A stretch of DNA of 20,000 bases from positions 7,737,214-7,757,213 of the forward strand of contig NC_057754.1 in NCBI RefSeq assembly GCF_004010195.1, read 5' to 3'. This stretch comes from Chiloscyllium plagiosum (lineage: Eukaryota). The notes under the pieces were generated by a model. It searched no databases, was not told the DNA's origin, and saw nothing but the letters and a program-made list of their open reading frames with translations. Below are positions 8,835 through 18,163 of this stretch, in pieces. A program made the position numbers and the translations under genes. The stretch's first letter is position 1; each line of letters starts with the position of its first letter.

Positions 8835-9100
8835 TCTAGGTGAGGACACTTGACACATTCCCATAACACAGATCCAGGCTCGGCGCTGAGGGAGCGCCGG
8901 GCCGCCGGAGGGGGTCGGCGCCGAGGGAGCGCCGCGCTGTCGGAGGGGGACGGCGCCGAGGGAGCGCCGCGCTGTCGGAGGGGGACGGCGCCGAGGGAGC
9001 GCCGCACTGTCGGAGGGGGACGGCGCCGAGGGAGCGCCGCACTGTCGGAGGTACCACCTTTCAGATATTGAGACCCCAGCCTGCCCTCAGGGGTGTCACT
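8835..9100 (+). mobile_element. DeuSINE-like remnant containing a 35-bp GC-rich minisatellite (5 units, 8881-9052)
   Basis: Unit cggcgccgagggagcgccgcgctgtcggaggggga starts at 8881, 8916, 8951, 8986 and 9021, then runs into ...ctgtcggaggtaccacctttcagat...ctgccctcagg, like the recalled Deu domain. Confidence 0.7.
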
Positions 9101-9965
9101 ATTGGTGGGGGGGGAGCTGGAACAGTGTTCTCCCTGATGATCTGGGACTTCTTTGAGAGAACCTCCCAAATCCCAGAGCGCCAAGGATATGGGCAACAGA
9201 TGCCTGGGGTACCCCGGCGCTCCAACCTCCACCCCATGGAGTGCAGCGGTTCAAGATGGCAGCTCTACACCTCCTTCTCAAGGGGCCATATGGAATGGCA
9301 ATCAGGGGCCAATCCCACCAACAAATGCGTCCCTCAACCAACGCCTTGATCAATGAACCATTCAGATCACTGCTGCTCTGCGGAATCTTACTGTGTACAA
9401 GGTGGTCATCTCTTTTCTGATGGAAGCAAACACCCTTAGGCCACTGGAAAAGGATCCGTTGTTGCCGTAGGAAAGTCAGAAATAGGAATGGGAGTTGTCC
9501 CCGAGCCTGCTCCTTTGTCTGATAGGATCCCGGCCTAGTCGACCCACCTCCCATCCTGCCCTTCTCCCGTAACCCGCAAGTCCCCAAAAACAAAATCTCC
9601 TCAGTCCTGGGCTGGTTCTTGTCGAACCTGCTCTGAACCTTGCCCACACCAGGCCCCTGGTCGCCGTGGGAGATAGCTGCTTTCCTGTGTGGTCTCGCCT
9701 CGTTTACCCCCACGGCCTTCAGGCTGGGAGACTGGGGTTACTGGGCCCCAAAGCCTCGGGGGTGGGGGAGGGGCGGAGCAGAAGGCTCCCCCGTTACCCT
9801 CTGTCCCATTCATTGCTTCATCACCTACCTATCCCTCACTCCACTGCTCCAGCAGGGAGGGAGAGGACAGGGGGATAAAGGTTTCTGGGGAGTGGCGAGG
9901 GGGCAGTTTCTCTAGCAGCAGGTTTCAGGGGTGACTGGTCCACAGCAGGCCTCCCACACACTCAC

Positions 9966-10162
9966 CATCTTCATGACCTCGGGGTAGATGGGTTCAATGA
10001 GTAAGCCGCGGCCTGTAGCAATGCTCTCCACCAGCTCGTTGAGGGCCGCTCGCTTGATCTCCTTCCCCTTCAGGTCAGCAACACAGTCCATGAAGTCAAA
10101 GACAATACAACACTGCTGCAGCTTCTTACAGAACAGGTCATGTAAATCCGACACCGCGGCAT
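9966..10162 (-). CDS. PPP2R5B: Internal coding exon of PP2A 56-kDa regulatory subunit (B56/B'), beta-like
   Basis: Translates (D)AAVSDLHDLFCKKLQQCCIVFDFMDCVADLKGKEIKRAALNELVESIATGRGLLIEPIYPEVMKM, close to recalled human B56beta (DVPASELHELLSRKLAQCGVMFDFLDCVADLKGKEVKRAALNELVECVGSTRGVLIEPVYPDIIRM). Acceptor tctctctccccccag at 10163+, donor ATG|gtgagt at 9965; 197 bp, phase 1 in, phase 0 out. Family is secure; paralogue (beta vs alpha/epsilon) is less so. Confidence 0.93.
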
Positions 10163-10164
10163 CT

Positions 10165-10440
10165 GGGGGGAGAGAGAGACACACACACAGGAGAGTAAGT
10201 GAGACAGGGATAGAGAGAGGGGGTGGGTGAGTGAGAGAGAGAGAGAGAGAGGGGGAGAGGGAGGGTGAGAGATAGAGAGTCGATGAACTGTGAGAGAGAT
10301 CGACTGCAAGATGGAGGGGGAAGAGGGAGGGACCGAGAGATAGGCCATGGGGACAGTCACAATGTGAGATGGAAATTCAGAGAGAAATGGACACAGAGAG
10401 ACATAGACACGGAGACAGAGTCAGAGAGAGGAGGATCAGA
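10165..10440. repeat. GA/CA-rich low-complexity tract (extended polypyrimidine tract on the gene strand)
   Basis: (ga)n and (ca)n runs directly upstream of the exon acceptor on the minus strand. Confidence 0.8.
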
Positions 10441-10990
10441 GGGCAGGCTTGGTGAGAGTGGGTGAGGTTTCAGACCACGATAGTCCAGCACCACAGAATA
10501 CAACTAAACCATGGCCACCCGGCTGCTCGAGTCTGCTGCCCCATTCAGCAAGCCTCCCTTGCCTTCAATCCCCCCTCCCCCACTGCCTCAACTCTCTGGG
10601 ACCCCAGAAAGATCCAACGCTCCCTCTGCCATTTCCACGGTGGGTCAGAGTCACGTCTCTCCCCCACCCCCCCACCCCCCGCCCAGGGTAGAGGTTTCCA
10701 GAGACGCAGAGTCATCACCTGATATGCCCAAGGATGGGAGAATGCCCTAACCCGGGTGGGAACGTGAACTAATCTGGTCCGGGAGGGAGGGGAGGGGGCA
10801 GGGTTGGTGCACACTGGTTTGGGCAGGGAGTAGGGAGGAGTGATGTGGACCAGTGGTGGCACACCACCAGGGGGCAGGGTGAACTGCTGGGACTCCTGGC
10901 TCAGAGGCAAGGGCACTACCCACCACAGATGCCCCTGGGGACAGTGTGATGGTGGGGACTGGTCTGTACAATCCATGAGCACGTACTCAC

Positions 10991-11033
10991 GCATCTTAGA
11001 GCGAGGGCGCGCTACAGTCACTGGGACATCCAT
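10991..11033 (-). CDS. Candidate alternative first coding exon of the B56 gene (MDVPVTVARPRSKM)
   Basis: Strong Kozak context ccAagATGG, in-frame upstream TGA at 11064-11066, 43 nt (phase 1) ending at C|GTGAGT; joins in frame with the 10162 exon (C+AT = His). No transcript or homology evidence. Confidence 0.5.
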
Positions 11034-11389
11034 CTTGGAGGGGTGTCTTCCTGAGTCCTTCCCTCATGGGGGGAGGGGTGGGCAAGGTGGCCAACTCAGA
11101 AGGAAGGCAGCCGCGCGTAACCCCTCACTCCCTCCACGCTTCCATCTCCTCGCTGGCCTCTTCCACATACCCCTGGTCCCAGCCACATCCACTCCCACCT
11201 CCCAGACTCACCCCACCCCCTCCCCAGCAAACAAACCCCCGGGCACTCCCCACCAACCTCGCCCACCGATACACCCCCCCACCCTTCGGCTCTGCCCGCC
11301 TCACAACAGCACCCCGGCCCCACCCTCTAATCCCCCCCCTCCCCACCCCACCACCCTCGCTACTCGCTCTGAGAGGGCCCACTCCCAGC

Positions 11390-11475
11390 TTCTGTGACAT
11401 CACAGACTAGGCACCAGGGCTCACACTGAGCCTGGGGGGGTGGGAGAGGGGGTTTAAGTGGAGGAGGGCGGGTCC
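11390..11475 (-). promoter_or_regulatory. Candidate promoter elements upstream of the putative alternative first exon
   Basis: Near-palindrome ctgtgacatcacag (11392-11405, CRE/ATF-like TGACATCA) and GC box gggcgg (11466-11471) in unique GC-rich sequence. Motif-level evidence only. Confidence 0.3.
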
Positions 11476-11550
11476 ATCACAGACGCCAAAGATTGGGCTT
11501 CGGATACAGAACCCAAACACACTCGCTCTTCTCCAAGACAGTCACCTGAG

Positions 11551-12413
11551 GCTGAGGGAGCGCAGCACTGTCGGAGGGTCAGTGCTGGGGGAGCGCCGCA
11601 CTGTCGGAGGGTCAGTGCCGGGGGAGCGCCGCACTGTCGGAGGGTCAGTGCCGGGGGAGCGCCGCACTGTCGGAGGGTCAGTGCCGGGGGAGCGCCGCAC
11701 TGTCGGAGGGCCAGGAGCGCCGCACTGTCGGAGGGTCAGTGCTGAGGGAGCGCCGCACTGTCGGAGGGTCAGTGCTGAGGGAGCGCCGCACTGTCGGAGG
11801 GTCAGTGCTGAGGGAGCGCCGCACTGTCGGAGGGTCAGTGCTGAGGGAGCGCCGCACTGTCGGAGGGTCAGTGCTGAGGGAGCGCCGCACTGTCGGAGGG
11901 TCAGTGCTGAGGGAGCGCCGCACTGTCGGAGGGTCAGTGCTGAGGGAGCGCCGCACTGTCGGAGGGTCAGTGCTGAGGGAGCGCCGCACTGTCGGAGGGT
12001 CAGTGCTGAGGGAGCGCCGCACTGTCGGAGGGTCAGTGCTGAGGGAGCGCCGCACTGTCGGAGGGTCAGTGCTGAGGGAGCGCCGCACTGTCGGAGGGTC
12101 AGTGCTGAGGGAGCGCCGCACTGTCGGAGGGTCAGTGCTGAGGGAGCGCCGCACTGTCGGAGGGTCAGTGCTGAGGGAGCGCCGCACTGTCGGAGGGTCA
12201 GTGCTGAGGGAGCGCCGCACTGTCGGAGGGTCAGTGCTGAGGGAGCGCCGCACTGTCGGAGGGTCAGTGCTGAGGGAGCGCCGCACTGTCGGAGGGTCAG
12301 TGCTGAGGGAGCGCCGCACTGTCGGAGGGTCAGTGCTGAGGGAGCGCCGCACTGTCGGAGGGTCAGTGCTGAGGGAGCGCCGCACTGTCGGAGGGGGTCA
12401 GCACTGAGGGAGT
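11551..12413. repeat. 33-bp minisatellite, ~26 units (19 identical at 11741-12367)
   Basis: Unit gctgagggagcgccgcactgtcggagggtcagt; variant gccggggg units and one shortened unit at the left end. Confidence 0.98.
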
Positions 12414-13190
12414 GAGGTCCTGTATTTTTCTGCTGTCCCTCTTGGCTTTTGATTAAAGGAGTTAGGGTTACAACTTTTCAGTTTAAAGCAACCTTCCCTG
12501 AATCCCGGGAAGTTTGCAAACTTAAAACCGATGTGTCAACGATCTCACTGGCCTGTTATTTTCAGATGAATTCCTTCAGGAGACAGGGAATCGTCAGCGT
12601 TAAGCTCTGACACTTGCTCAGCATCATGTCCCCGGTGACTGTAATTCTCGAGAGTTGCTCCTTTGTATTTCCTGACTTTGATCTATTTCTGGGATGTTAC
12701 TTATCCCTCATGTAGCAAGGCTGTGAGAGATGCCTGCTCAATTATCTGCTGTCTCTTTATGCTCCGTTATAACTTCACCACACTCACTTTCCCGGAGACC
12801 AACACTCAGTCCTTCAAGCTTTTAACAATCTGTCTTCTTTCTTTAAGCATTCTTTCTTTAAGCTCAACATTATCTCCAACTTATTATTTAACCTCATACC
12901 TCTTGGAATTTCCCTCTCTTGTTGCAATGTATCGGTGCTGAAAATATTGTAAAATATCCCCTTACAGGTCAGATACCACATCTCTCGAATCCTATTCCCC
13001 CACCTAAATTTCTCCCACATCAGTGAGCCCTTCCTTGTCATCATAATTGCCTTTAAAATTTACAATACAAACTCTTGGACCCACCTGTCTCGCCCCCGAG
13101 CTCAGTGTAACTTTCCATGATATTATGATCACTGCTGCCTCGGGGTGTATTCACTAGCAGGACATTAGTTAACCTGTGGGTTTGATTGCG
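12414..13190 (-). mobile_element. Ancient CR1-clade LINE internal fragment (endonuclease end to RT start)
   Basis: Minus strand gives PRGSSDHNIM near 13115-13145 (APE SDH motif) and DDSLSPEGIH...ASEIVD...DSGKVALN*KVVTLTPLIK near 12450-12600, matching the KSPGPDG...DSGKVPEDWK.ANVTPLFKK pattern. Confidence 0.75.
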
Positions 13191-13259
13191 TTTCACAACC
13201 AGTTGGGTGTTTTAATGAAATGAAGGATAGACTTGCAATTGTGTCTCACCTTTTGCCAG

Positions 13260-13603
13260 TTCAGGACATGACAACAGCTTTGAGGTCTCGTTCCTGTTGT
13301 AATATAGGGAATGCACACACTCACTGTCTGTCTCACATTCATATATATACCCGCCAACATACCAATTACCCGACGATTTCTTACACTTAGAGATAAATAA
13401 GGTCTTATCCTCGGACAAATGGGAATCCAGGAGAAATTTGCTCCAGTCCCTCTCCCAATTCCTGATGTGGGGTACTTCATGTTCAACCAAGAGGTTAGAT
13501 GGCAATTTATCTCATCTGAAAGATATCCCTCAGCACTGACCCTCCGACAGCGCGGCGCTCCCTCAGCACTGACCCTCCGACAGCGCGGCGCTCCCTCAGC
13601 ACT
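13260..13603 (-). mobile_element. Degraded DeuSINE-like remnant with 2+ copies of the 33-bp unit
   Basis: ctcatctgaaaga followed by ccctcagcactgaccctccgacagcgcggcgct x2 (13528-13603), the reverse complement of the 11551 array unit. Confidence 0.6.
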
Positions 13604-13974
13604 GATTCTATGAATTTTATCCAAAATTATCAAGGCTCCGGTGATTGGTTTGTTGCGGTGTCTCTGACTGAAGCAACAAAGTGTGTGCTCACCACAGCGT
13701 TATTACAGATCCCTACAGAATAAACCAATCTGGATGCCGACAGACCAGAGAGCAGCTGGAATCCAGATAGAGCACTGACCCTCCGACAGTGCGGCACTCC
13801 CTCAGCACTGATTCTATGAATTTTATCCAAAATTATCAAGGCTCCGGTGATTGGTTTGTTGCGGTGTCTCTGACTGAAGCAACAAAGTGTGCTCACCACA
13901 GCGTTATTACAGATCCCTACAGAATAAACCAGTCTGGATGCCGACAGACCAGAGAGCAGCTGGAATCCAGATAG
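13565..13974. repeat. Recent tandem duplication, 206 + 204 bp
   Basis: 13565-13770 and 13771-13974 differ by about three substitutions and a 2-bp tg indel. Confidence 0.95.
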
Positions 13975-14294
13975 AACACAGCCCTCAGAGTTAGTCCTGG
14001 GCCCCCTAAAGTCGCCATGCACAAAATTGTTGAAACAGACTGCAGGAGGAACATACTCTGGTGCTATTTCAAGTCACAATTCCCTGTGGTGTTCTGCCTG
14101 AATTAGATATTCAATCTTCCGGTCTCTCTCCTACAGAAGAGATTGAATTCAGTCTGGCCAATGCCAGTGCCCCTTGCTCCAGTGTGAGTTTTAAACTTTG
14201 ATCCCACCTTCCCCCAAACTCAATCATATTTAGCCATCCCTCAATGGCTCGGTTTTGATTTTTCTCCTCCTTACTCGACACCTCGTTCATCCCT

Positions 14295-14620
14295 TCCAGC
14301 TCTCTCCACCACCAGCACTCAATAGCAGCAGTGTGTAACCATCTACAAGATGCACTGCAGAGATGCCCCAAGGCTTCTTCAGCAAAACCTTCCACACCCT
14401 CTGCCATCGCGAGGGAAAAGGGTAGCTGAGCCCCTCCCAGCTGCTCGCTTGGAATTATATCACCTTTCCAAAATCCTGGCTTGGAAACTTATCTGATATC
14501 CAAGAGGGCATTGTTGGAGAAACCACAGCACACAGACTGCAGCGGTTCAAGATGGCTGCTCACCACCATCTTGTCAAGAGGCAGTTCAGGATGTGCAGTA
14601 AACACTGACCCACGGCCCCC
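14295..14620 (+). mobile_element. Old LINE 3' end (CR1/L2-like; family not resolved)
   Basis: gcagcagtgtgtaaccatctacaagatgcactgcag and actgcagcggttcaagatggctgctcaccaccatctt; the latter recurs at 9243-9285 and on the minus strand at 2827-2865. Confidence 0.55.
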
Positions 14621-14834
14621 GAGTGAATACGAGACCACCCCCAGGATATCTGTGCTCCTCCAATTCCGGCCTGGCGTATTCCTTGGTTTTTAAATCGCTC
14701 CCCTGCTGGCGATTGTACATTCAGCAGGGTAGTCCTTTGGGATCTGGAATTTCCTGCCTCATTGCTTCTATCTTTGCCCCCTCTCTCTTCTACCTTCTTT
14801 GAGGGTGTCCCCGGAATTGATCGCCTTGATCAAA

Positions 14835-14905
14835 TAGAAAACAAAGTGCTGGAGACAGAGAGAGGGGGGGCAATGTTTCGCGTCCTGTGGGCCTTCATCA
14901 GAACG
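14835..14905 (-). mobile_element. Degenerate Penelope-like terminal fragment (third family) with decayed hammerhead core at 14871-14904
   Basis: Minus strand GTT-CTGATGA-AGGCCCACAGGACGC-GAAA-CATTG, next to aaaacaaagtgctggaga, similar to the ...tgctggaga motif of the other remnants. Stems are imperfect. Confidence 0.45.
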
Positions 14906-15124
14906 GAGTCCTGAGCAGGACATGGGACCCGAGTGGACGTGGGCCGTGCAACAGTGCGGACAATTATTTGTTGTTAAAGAGGAGCTCTAAAACAAAACTC
15001 AGCGTATGTGAACCGAGTGGAAATCCACACATGACATCCTTACCAGACAGATCTGTTAGCATCTGCATCTCTCTCCCTTTTACTTTCCTCTTTGCTCAGA
15101 ACAGAGACACACAATGGAATCACT

Positions 15125-15485
15125 GGTCATAGAGGTGTACAGCACTCATACAGACCCCTCAGTCCACTCGCCCACGCTGACCAGATAACCTAAACTCATC
15201 TCATCCCATTTGCCAGCATTTGACGCACATCCCTCCAAACCCTTCCTATTCGTATACCCATCCAAATGCCTTTTAAACATTGCCATTGTACCAGCCTCCA
15301 CCACTTCCTCTGGCAGCTCACTCCATACACGCCCCACCCTCTGGGTGAAAACGTTGCCCCTTAGGTCTCTAAAATCTTTCCCCCCACGCCTTAATCCTAT
15401 GCCGTCTAGATATGGACTCCCCCCCCCTACCCCAGGGAAAGGACCATGTCTACTTAACCTATCATCGCTCCTCGTGATTTTCCCC
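15125..15485 (-). mobile_element. CR1/HER1-type LINE 3' end
   Basis: ORF 15146-15337 RVWSELPEEVVEAGTMAMFKRHLDGYTNRKGLEG; same subfamily as 8232-8797. Confidence 0.9.
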
Positions 15486-15557
15486 AGACCTTGGAATTTG
15501 CAGCTCTGATGGTTCAGCGGGTGTGGTCAAGATACAGATTGGGCCTGGCTGGCCCAG

Positions 15558-15740
15558 ATGTCTTAGAGCCACACAGCACTGAAACCAACCCTACGGCCCA
15601 ACCAGACCGTGCCGTCCATAATCCCCAAACTAAACTACTCCCACCTGCCTGCTCCTGGCCCATGTCACTCCAAATTTTTTCCGATTCATTTTCTTATGTC
15701 TTTTAAACGTTAGCTGCAGCCACCACTTCCTCGGAAACCC
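15558..15740 (-). mobile_element. CR1-type LINE 3' tail fragment
   Basis: acagcactgaaaccaaccctacggcccaacca...taaactactcccacctgcctgctcctggcccat...caccacttcctcggaa parallels 8240-8420. Confidence 0.7.
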
Positions 15741-15934
15741 AACCTTTGGAATTGTACACTCACTCCAGCTCACTGCATTCCATTTGGGGCTCCCCCTGAA
15801 CGTCCAAGTTGCGCTTCCTTCAAGGAGCAGTCTAACAAAAAGTTAGACCATCCTTAAGATGCCCCATTGCATCATGACGTGACAGTCTTCCAATTCTCTG
15901 GGACCTCTCCAGGACCTGAAATCCCTGGAAGATT

Positions 15935-16888
15935 ACTTTTGGAAAGCTGCGCTCGATTCTGGTCTCCCCTGCTACAGGAAGGATGATGTAGAACTTGAAA
16001 AGGGTTCAGAAAAGATTTACGAGGATGTTGCCAGGGTTGGAGGGTTTGAGCTACAGGGAGAGGCTGAATAGGCTGGGGCTGTTTTCCCTGGAGCGTCGGA
16101 GGCTGAGGGGGGTGACCTTATAGAGGTTTACAAAATTATGAGGGGGCATGGATAGGGTAAATAGACAAAGTCTTTTCCTGGGGCGGGGGACTGAAGGGGC
16201 AACTTTTTCCACACAGAGGGTGGTACGTGTATGGAATGAGCTGCCAGAATGCGGCAGCACGGTGACTCAGTGGTTAGCATCGCTGCTTCAGCGCCAGGGA
16301 CCCGGGTTCAATTCCCGCATCAGAGGACTCTCTCTGTGGGCTCCCTCCAGCTGCCAGTTTTCTCCCACAATCCATAGATGTGCAGGTGAGGGTGGATTGG
16401 CCGTGCTAAATTGTCCCATAGTGCCCAGGGATGTGCAGGTTAGGGTGGATTGAGCATGCTAAATTGTCCCATCGTGCCCAGGGATGTGCAGGTTAGGGTG
16501 GATTGGCCGTGCTAAATTGTCCCATAGTGCCCAGGGATGTGTAGGTTAGGGTGGATTGGCCGTGCTAAATTGTCCCATAGTACTAGACGCATTAGTCAGT
16601 GGTAACTATAGGGTAGGGGAATGGGTCTGGGTGGGTTACTCCTTGGAGGGTCGGGGTGGATTTGTTGGGCCGAATGGCCTGTTTCCATACTGTAGGGAAT
16701 CTGATCCAAGTTTTGGAGGCTGGTACAATTACAGCATTTACAAGGCATCTGGTTGGGTATATGAATAGGAAGGGTTTAAGGGCTTTAGTATGGACCAAAT
16801 GCTGGCAAATGGGACGAGATAAATTTGGGATATCTGGTCGGCATAGACCAAAGCGTCTGTTTTCGTGCTGTACAGCTCTATGACTCTA
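15935..16888 (+). mobile_element. CR1/HER1-type LINE 3' end interrupted by an HE1 SINE
   Basis: gttcagaaaagatttacgaggatgttgccagggttggagggtttgagctacagggagaggctgaatagg; host breaks after gagctgccaga (16248), resumes at aagttttggaggctggtacaatt (16708); tail gctgtacagctctatgactcta. Confidence 0.9.
16250..16705 (+). mobile_element. HE1-type V-SINE with ~4 internal 53-bp units
   Basis: Head gcagcacggtgactcagtggttagcatcgctg...cccgggttcaattccc; units from 16378; tail gggtaggggaatgggtctgggtggg...gggccgaatggcctgtttccatactgtagggaatc. Confidence 0.9.
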
Positions 16889-16999
16889 CAGCACCCTAGA
16901 AGTGAAAGAAATGGGTTGACTTTCTTATTTTCAAACCACGACCCAGTCCATTTCCAGGCTTCTCACACCAGCACCTGCCCCACATCTCGCAATGTTATT

Positions 17000-17222
17000 A
17001 CAGAAACATGGGAACATTGGAGTGGGCCACTCAGCCCTTCACATCAATACAATCATAGCTGATAGCCCCATTCAGTTGCCTGTTCCTGGGTTTCTCCCCA
17101 CACCCTCTGATCCCTTTAGCCCCAAATCCTTCCCAAAACCATTCGGTATTTCTCTTCTGGGCCAGAGAATCCCACAGGTCCCCCCCTCCCCACTCTCCGG
17201 GTGAAGACATCTCTCCCCCTCA
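17000..17222 (-). mobile_element. Degraded CR1-type LINE 3' tail
   Basis: ggagtgggccactcagccc...aatacaatcatagctgat...ttctccccacaccctctgatccctttag...agagaatcccacagg is the reverse complement of a tail like 7350-7567. Confidence 0.65.
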
Positions 17223-17515
17223 CCAGGGCACAGCAGCACAAAGAACAGGAGCTTCCCGCTGTGAGCAGGATTCCAGGATAACACCAAACCACAACGTGAC
17301 AACTGACAGATGGAGCATCATCGGCAGCTTCCGAAAATACCACCCACCTCCGTGAGTGAGACAGGAAACTACCATCGGCCCAAGTGAGATCAGAAAGGCC
17401 AGCCCTCACACTGACATTCACATCCAGGTAGATGATGCACGGGGCCCTGCTCGAGTCTGGGAAGGGTTTGAGGGGAACAAGGTCAGAGGTTGCTTACTTT
17501 CAGAATAAAAGAGTC

Positions 17516-17713
17516 GAGGGAGCTTTACTCTGTATCTAACCCCGTGATGTCCCTGTCGTGGGGAGTGTTTGATGGGGGGGACAGTGTAGAGGCAGCTTTA
17601 CTCTGTATCTAACCCCATGCTGTCCCTGTCCTGGGGAGTGTTTGATGGGGTGACAGTGTGGAGGGAACTTTACTCTGTATCTAACCCCGTGCTGTTTAAC
17701 GGGGGACAGTGTA
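17516..17713. repeat. ~72-bp minisatellite, ~2.7 units
   Basis: Unit gagggagctttactctgtatctaaccccgtgctgtccctgtcctggggagtgtttgatggggtgacagtgta at 17516, 17589 and (partial) 17661. Confidence 0.9.
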
Positions 17714-18163
17714 AAGTAACATCTATCAAGTGCAGGGTTCGGAGTGTTTCAGAATGTACTTGAGACATAAAACAGATTGGTGTCCTGCAGTCAGGTCTCA
17801 TTGCTTCCTTCACTCTCTGTGACCACCCCCAGAAAGATTTAGAGCTTAACATTTGCAAGTGACCATCAGCTGCACTGGAATCAATGATTCATACTGGAAT
17901 GGTAGTGTCTAAACCTCTGAGCCTGGATTCCAGACCCACCTGCTCCACAGGTGTGCAGTAACATCTCTGAACAGATCACTGAAAAACATCTAAGACAGTA
18001 CTCTGTAAACTATCGGCAAAATGTGGGTCAGCTAGATTCAGTCACCTGCCCCTCAATGGCAGCTGACTGCACTATGACAGGAAGGACAACATATCACACA
18101 GCAACCAGTCTGACTGCCAAAGGATCCCCAAACTAGTCCTAATTCCTTCTCAAAGCCCGGCAG

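Noticed and set aside
8303..9232. 309-aa ORF as a novel chimeric gene
   Set aside because: Chance read-through from SINE and minisatellite sequence into a LINE ORF2 tail; non-ATG start, no exon signals.
9099..9934. Several overlapping 70-204 aa ORFs
   Set aside because: GC-rich intronic sequence with few stops; no recognisable domain and no match to the expected next B56 exon.
10545..11033. Full 162-aa ORF, or longer first exons using donors at 10751 or 10718
   Set aside because: Those donors give phase 0, incompatible with the phase-1 acceptor at 10162; the rest of the peptide is low-complexity and unrecognisable.
11582..12415. Long ORFs (222-277 aa) on both strands
   Set aside because: Artefact of a stop-free 33-bp unit (a multiple of 3); no splice or homology support.
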